In this document: positions 33,641-37,299 of the stretch, piece after piece | Layout of the letters: every line of letters starts with the position of its first letter | Position numbering within the stretch: position 1 is the first letter of the stretch | IMG/VR virus record: IMGVR_UViG_3300033516_000134 | Location: 1 to 37,299 of that record | Reading direction: 5' to 3' (one strand) | DNA: 37,299 bases | From: a virus | Translations under genes and position numbers: made by a program | The notes under the pieces: generated by a model | The model's input: the letters and a program-made list of their open reading frames with translations, nothing else | The model's database searches: none | What the model was told of the DNA's origin: nothing

Positions 33641-33821
33641 TACCTACCACCTGTCCAAGATCGACGGCACTCCGTATTGCGGCTGCATGTGGAGTGGCGA
33701 AGTCCAGGCTCGCACCATTCCGAACAGCAAGGAACTGCCGAAGGACGGTCGCCTCTGCCTGCGGTGCAAGCGCCGCCTGCTCGGGCTTCCCATCACGCGC
33801 CGCATGAAGGCGCAGTCATGA
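33633..33821 (+). CDS. Small CxC/CxxC protein
   Basis: 62 aa starting at ATG 33633 (MPDTYHLSKIDGTPYCGCMW...LCLRCKRR...), in frame with ORF 33441..33821. Confidence 0.5.
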   Translation: MPDTYHLSKIDGTPYCGCMWSGEVQARTIPNSKELPKDGRLCLRCKRRLLGLPITRRMKAQS

Positions 33822-34084
33822 GCGACCCCATCACCATGAAGGTTTCAGCGAGCGTTGATTTCACGGTCGAGCAACTTGCCGAGGCGTTCGCGGACATGGA
33901 CAATCACCAGCAACTTCGGTTCATCCAGCATGCGGTCGCTCTGATGAACACGGTGCGTCCTGGCGCTGCCGATTACCAAGCCCTCTGGATCTGCAACGCC
34001 GACATGGATCAGGACACCCGCAACTTCCTCGCGTGCCTGGACGCCAGGGATGGCGCTGCTGATCTTGCGAGGTTTCGGCCATGA
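33818..34084 (+). CDS. Hypothetical acidic protein
   Basis: 88 aa starting at ATG 33818 (MSDPITMKVSASVDF...), ATGA-coupled. Confidence 0.55.
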   Translation: MSDPITMKVSASVDFTVEQLAEAFADMDNHQQLRFIQHAVALMNTVRPGAADYQALWICNADMDQDTRNFLACLDARDGAADLARFRP

Positions 34085-34671
34085 GCATCCCGCGACCAGA
34101 TGGACTGCCGTCGCTGGACCTCCGCACGCCAGCAAGCAAGGCGACCGCTGACTGCCTGATGAAGACCCTTGACGAAACGCTAGCCGATCAATGCGCCGAT
34201 GATACCTGTGAGATTGAACGGTTGCGCGACTCGCTGGCGCTGATGGCATCGCAGTCGGCGCAATACCTGCGCGAGCGGGACACGCTGCGCGCCGAACTCG
34301 CAGAGCAGGTGCGCCGAGTCGAGCAGGCGCGCGAAGTCTTAGCATTGAACAAACTGGACGATGCACGGCTGCGATTCTCTGGCATCGACGCAACCCTGAA
34401 GCGCACGACCCAAACGATGGCCGACGAACTCATCGCCAGCGAGGCGCGGAACGATGCGCTGCTCGCCAAGGTGCGCCGCTACCAATCTATTGCGCGCTCC
34501 ATCGGTGAAGGGCTGCATGACATCCACTGGCCGACCGATGATGGAACCCGCGACTGGGTTGGCGAACTGTCCGTCTATCTGCGCGGCAATGCTGCCACGC
34601 TGCTGATGCTCGAACCAACCACCATGCGCTGCCTGCTCGCAGCGATCACCGAGGCGAAGGCTGAACAATGA
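34081..34671 (+). CDS. Hypothetical coiled-coil protein
   Basis: 196-aa ORF with heptad-like Leu/Arg/Glu-rich central part. Confidence 0.65.
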   Translation: MSIPRPDGLPSLDLRTPASKATADCLMKTLDETLADQCADDTCEIERLRDSLALMASQSAQYLRERDTLRAELAEQVRRVEQAREVLALNKLDDARLRFSGIDATLKRTTQTMADELIASEARNDALLAKVRRYQSIARSIGEGLHDIHWPTDDGTRDWVGELSVYLRGNAATLLMLEPTTMRCLLAAITEAKAEQ

Positions 34672-34892
34672 GCCAAACCATCACCACCATGCCGGTGCGC
34701 TCGCGCCGCCTGTATCACAGCATGGATGAGCAGCGCCACCACTTCCTCGCCTGCCTGAAGCATGGTCATGTGATCGGCCCGATCACTCAGGCGCAGGCGG
34801 AACACGGTCACTCGACCGGCAAGGCTTGCCCAGCCTGCGCGGTCGAGGTGGTGCGCGTCAGCGCCGAGCAGATGGAACGCGCGCATGCCTGA
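34668..34892 (+). CDS. Small His/Cys-rich protein
   Basis: 74 aa with HHFLACLKHGH and CPAC. Confidence 0.55.
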   Translation: MSQTITTMPVRSRRLYHSMDEQRHHFLACLKHGHVIGPITQAQAEHGHSTGKACPACAVEVVRVSAEQMERAHA

Positions 34893-35343
34893 TCCAATCG
34901 CACGCCTCGCCGGGCAGATGGCAGTTCGTCATGGGCAGCATGGCGAGGCAATCGCGCGGACCCTGCTCGACCAGCATGGCGTCCGCTCGCTCTGGCGCAT
35001 CGAAACCGGGTGGCGCATCCATCGGGTCAACGGCAGGATCGTCGGCGCGACTCCGCTGCGCGCGGTCCCTGGCGACTGGCGCGGCATCATGCCGGGCGGT
35101 CGATCGGTGATATGCGAGGTGAAGGAACGGCCCGAACGCCTGATCTGGTCCGACCTCGGAGCGCACCAACATGCGGCGCTGCAGGAGCATGCCGACCTCG
35201 GTGGTCTGTCGCTGCTCGCCTGGGTGTCGAAGCACCGCGCCTTCCTGCTGCCCTACCCTTGCCCAACGCTGGCACCCCGCCAGCAAGGACTCACCACAAC
35301 CGCAGGCATCTTTCATGCGCTGCGAACCTTGGAGCTACGATGA
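34885..35343 (+). CDS. PD-(D/E)XK nuclease, possible Holliday-junction resolvase
   Basis: 152 aa. PGDWRGIMPGGRSVICEVKE fits a D-x(n)-E-x-K nuclease core of the Hjc/RecU-like size class. Confidence 0.45.
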   Translation: MPDPIARLAGQMAVRHGQHGEAIARTLLDQHGVRSLWRIETGWRIHRVNGRIVGATPLRAVPGDWRGIMPGGRSVICEVKERPERLIWSDLGAHQHAALQEHADLGGLSLLAWVSKHRAFLLPYPCPTLAPRQQGLTTTAGIFHALRTLELR

Positions 35344-35534
35344 CCAGAGGACAGATGATCCACCGCCTGATTCACAACCGAGCGCAGGTGCTTGCCTGCC
35401 TCGAAGCAAACAAGTCGCTGCCGCACATCATGGACCGACATGAATCGCAAGCCAGGCGCGAGGTTGAAATCATGCTGAAGGAAAAGGTGCCGCCGCTGAT
35501 CACGCGCGAACTGGAATCCCGCAGATGCGTCTAG
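35340..35534 (+). CDS. Hypothetical small protein
   Basis: 64 aa starting at ATG 35340 (MTRGQMIHRLIHNRAQVLACLE...), ATGA-coupled. Confidence 0.5.
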   Translation: MTRGQMIHRLIHNRAQVLACLEANKSLPHIMDRHESQARREVEIMLKEKVPPLITRELESRRCV

Positions 35535-35929
35535 CCTTCCTCGCTCTGCTTGCCGCTGCCGCGCAGGCAGGCGAGTGGGTTCCGGTCGAGGTGGTCGCCA
35601 CCGCCTATTGCCCATGCTCCATCTGCTGCGGAGTGCGCGCGGTCGGCATCACGGCAGATGGAACGAAGGTGAGCGAGTGGCCATATGGTATTGCTGTTGA
35701 TCCGCAACGCATCGCCTACAGCACTCCGATCCTTGTGCCGCATGGCGTCGGTTATCTGGACCGCTCGCGCCATGCCGACCGGGTATTCTACGCAGACGAT
35801 ACGGGCGGCATCATCAGGCGGCGCACCAGATCGACTGGCGTCATGCACATTGACCTGCGCTACCGATCCCACCAAGCTGCGAAAGCCTATGGCAAACGAT
35901 CAATCACCGTGTTCATCTGGCGAGACTGA
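35525..35929 (+). CDS. Secreted 3D-domain (MltA/RlpA-like) peptidoglycan hydrolase; endolysin candidate
   Basis: 134 aa with signal peptide MRLAFLALLAAAAQAGE, then VVATAYCPCSICCG...TADGT...GIAVDP...YADDTGG, typical of 3D-domain cell-wall hydrolases. Confidence 0.7.
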   Translation: MRLAFLALLAAAAQAGEWVPVEVVATAYCPCSICCGVRAVGITADGTKVSEWPYGIAVDPQRIAYSTPILVPHGVGYLDRSRHADRVFYADDTGGIIRRRTRSTGVMHIDLRYRSHQAAKAYGKRSITVFIWRD

Positions 35930-36125
35930 CCGCCGCCTGCTCTGGCTGCTTGAGCATGCAGGTCCGCACCGCACTTGCGAGCTTGCCGAGTTCGTCGGCA
36001 TCACAACTGCGGAGGCGGCGCGGCGCTTGTCGGTTCTAGCGCAGGCTGGTCTTGCGCGACGGTTCGAGTTCGCGTCATCTGAGAGGTGGTCCCTGTGCGC
36101 GCCGCCTGCGCCTTCGCTGCCGTGA
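35889..36125 (+). CDS. Small winged-helix DNA-binding protein candidate
   Basis: 78 aa from ATG 35889. RRLLWLLEHAGPHRTCELAEFVGITTAEAARRLSVLAQAGLARR looks like a MarR/ArsR-type wHTH. It overlaps the 3D gene by 41 nt and the convergent lipoprotein gene by 125 nt. Confidence 0.45.
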   Translation: MANDQSPCSSGETDRRLLWLLEHAGPHRTCELAEFVGITTAEAARRLSVLAQAGLARRFEFASSERWSLCAPPAPSLP

Positions 36126-36777
36126 CCAGATCGGCAACGACAGAGCGCACGCCCAGGCGTTCTTGCACCTCGACCGCCTTGCGCTGAATCTGCTGCGCGA
36201 CATCTGGCGCGACCTGCTCTGCCACGCTCGCCATTTCCACGCCGTACTGGACCACCGCCGCGCCGTGCTGGTAAAGCTGATGCGCCTTGCGGTCCATCAT
36301 CCGGTCTGCCTTCGGAGCGAGGATGTTCCACGCGAGGTTGGCGACCATGCCGCCAGCGCCAGGAACGAAGCGGCAGAGTCCGAGCGCCGCAAGGCCAGCG
36401 CCAGCGAGCCAGCCGCCCCAGCCGATGCCGGTGGGCGGATCGCCTGCCGCTGCCTCTGCGTCCTTCCTTTCCTGCTCGACCGCCACTGGCTGCGGCTGAC
36501 CCGCCTTATCGACCAGCGCCGATGCCGCGACGGCAGGAGCAGGCAGGTCGAGGTCGGCGGTCCCGGCGAACAGGCGCGCGGCTGCGGCTGCGAACAGGGT
36601 GTCGCGCGCCATCGCATCGCCTCGCACGGCAAGCGCCGCCTCGGCATCCGCTCGCGCCTGGGCAAGATGCGCCGCCTGTTCATCGCTGATGCGGGTGCAT
36701 CCAGAAAAGAGGACCGCCGCCATGATTGCCAACGGTAGGAGGAACAAAACCCGGTGGGTCATGGCGGCGTGCCTCAA
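36001..36777 (-). CDS. Lipoprotein with internal transmembrane segment (lysis or exclusion candidate)
   Basis: Likely start is ATG 36762 (MTHRVLFLLPLAIMAAVLFSGC; lipobox-like FSGC). Hydrophobic segment GWGGWLAGAGLAALGLCRFVPGAGGMVANLAW sits mid-protein. Last gene of the late unit. Confidence 0.6.
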   Translation of the reverse strand: MRHAAMTHRVLFLLPLAIMAAVLFSGCTRISDEQAAHLAQARADAEAALAVRGDAMARDTLFAAAAARLFAGTADLDLPAPAVAASALVDKAGQPQPVAVEQERKDAEAAAGDPPTGIGWGGWLAGAGLAALGLCRFVPGAGGMVANLAWNILAPKADRMMDRKAHQLYQHGAAVVQYGVEMASVAEQVAPDVAQQIQRKAVEVQERLGVRSVVADLVTAAKAQAARTGTTSQMTRTRTVAQDQPALEPTSAAPPPQL

Positions 36778-37211
36778 AGATCGGTGGTGTCTGGTTTAGC
36801 TGCAGTCGGGAACAGATCGGTTCCTTCGCCTGCGCGAACCGCTGGAACTGGCAGATCATCGGATGACGGAGGGGTGAAGGTCTGCGTCGGCTTGTCATTG
36901 ATCGACATGCACGGTCTTGAATTGATTGCGTCGATCGCAGCCTTCAGGACCACATGCTGTTCGCGCAGGACTTGCGACTGCTCGCGCATTGCGCCGCCGA
37001 GCTTCATGCTGATGTCGCGTAGGACGCCAGCGTATTTCTCCGCGCGGTCGAGTCGGTCTTGCTGCAGTTCTTCGATGGTCGAACCCTGCTTCGATGTGAT
37101 CGACTCCAGTTTCTTGATTCTGTCGGTCGTGGCTCGCCAGTAGGCGTAGCCAACCACGACCGCCGCTGCGATCGGGAAGCCGAACTGTTTCAGGATTTCG
37201 ATGATGTCCAT
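36774..37211 (-). CDS. Type-II membrane protein with coiled coil (i-spanin-like)
   Basis: 145 aa with an N-terminal TM segment FGFPIAAAVVVGYAYW, then a coiled-coil region and a Pro-rich tail. Its ATG lies 1 nt after the stop of the last fibre gene across the circular junction. Confidence 0.55.
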   Translation of the reverse strand: MDIIEILKQFGFPIAAAVVVGYAYWRATTDRIKKLESITSKQGSTIEELQQDRLDRAEKYAGVLRDISMKLGGAMREQSQVLREQHVVLKAAIDAINSRPCMSINDKPTQTFTPPSSDDLPVPAVRAGEGTDLFPTAAKPDTTDL

Positions 37212-37299
37212 ACTATGCGTTCGCCGATATGGTGATTGGTTTGTAAATGATAGCCTGTACCGCTATTGATGGCGACGACGCATGTCCTGTGATCACCGA
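37159..37299. repeat. Second copy of the terminal direct repeat (identical to 1..141)
   Basis: Identical 141-nt string at both window ends; genes run seamlessly across the junction. Confidence 0.95.

Overview
This window is a complete, circularly closed genome of a tailed phage. It is siphovirus-type, with an HK97-fold capsid and GTA-like head-tail genes, from a GC-rich, probably alphaproteobacterial host. Bases 1-141 are identical to 37159-37299, so the unique circle is 37,158 bp and the window overlaps itself. The genome is very compact, with two divergent transcription units that part at about 23819-23966. The late unit is on the minus strand, running from 23818 down to 55 and then across the junction to 37211-36001. 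In order it carries: a ParB-N / Mom-like / XRE / small ORF / ParB-N cassette; terS, terL and portal; a 57-aa ORF missing from the ORF track; MuF-like head protein, prohead protease and major capsid protein; a strong hairpin; an unusual 4.5-kb block (128-aa ORF, a second tail-tube-like paralogue, a 944-aa glycine-rich repeat fibre, two small ORFs); head-tail connector genes, tail terminator and major tail protein; a chaperone pair with a canonical G_GGA_AAA -1 frameshift site; tape measure and two baseplate-type proteins; three tandem fibre-like paralogues of lower GC; and two membrane proteins (one spanin-like, one lipoprotein). The early unit is on the plus strand, 23967-36125. It carries: a large acidic protein and DUF932; many small unknown ORFs chained by 4-10 nt start/stop overlaps; an ERF / PD-(D/E)XK exonuclease / SSB recombination module; a putative initiator gene containing 21-bp-phased iterons (candidate origin); four small CxxC proteins; a resolvase-like nuclease; a secreted 3D-domain muralytic enzyme; and a small winged-helix protein. 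I saw no integrase, CI-type repressor, tRNA, CRISPR array, transposase, DNA polymerase, primase or helicase. All functional calls rest on motif recognition by eye, because no database search was possible. The best candidates for something new are the ParB-N/Mom-like cassette (a possible multi-component DNA hypermodification system) and the capsid-proximal tube-paralogue plus giant fibre module.
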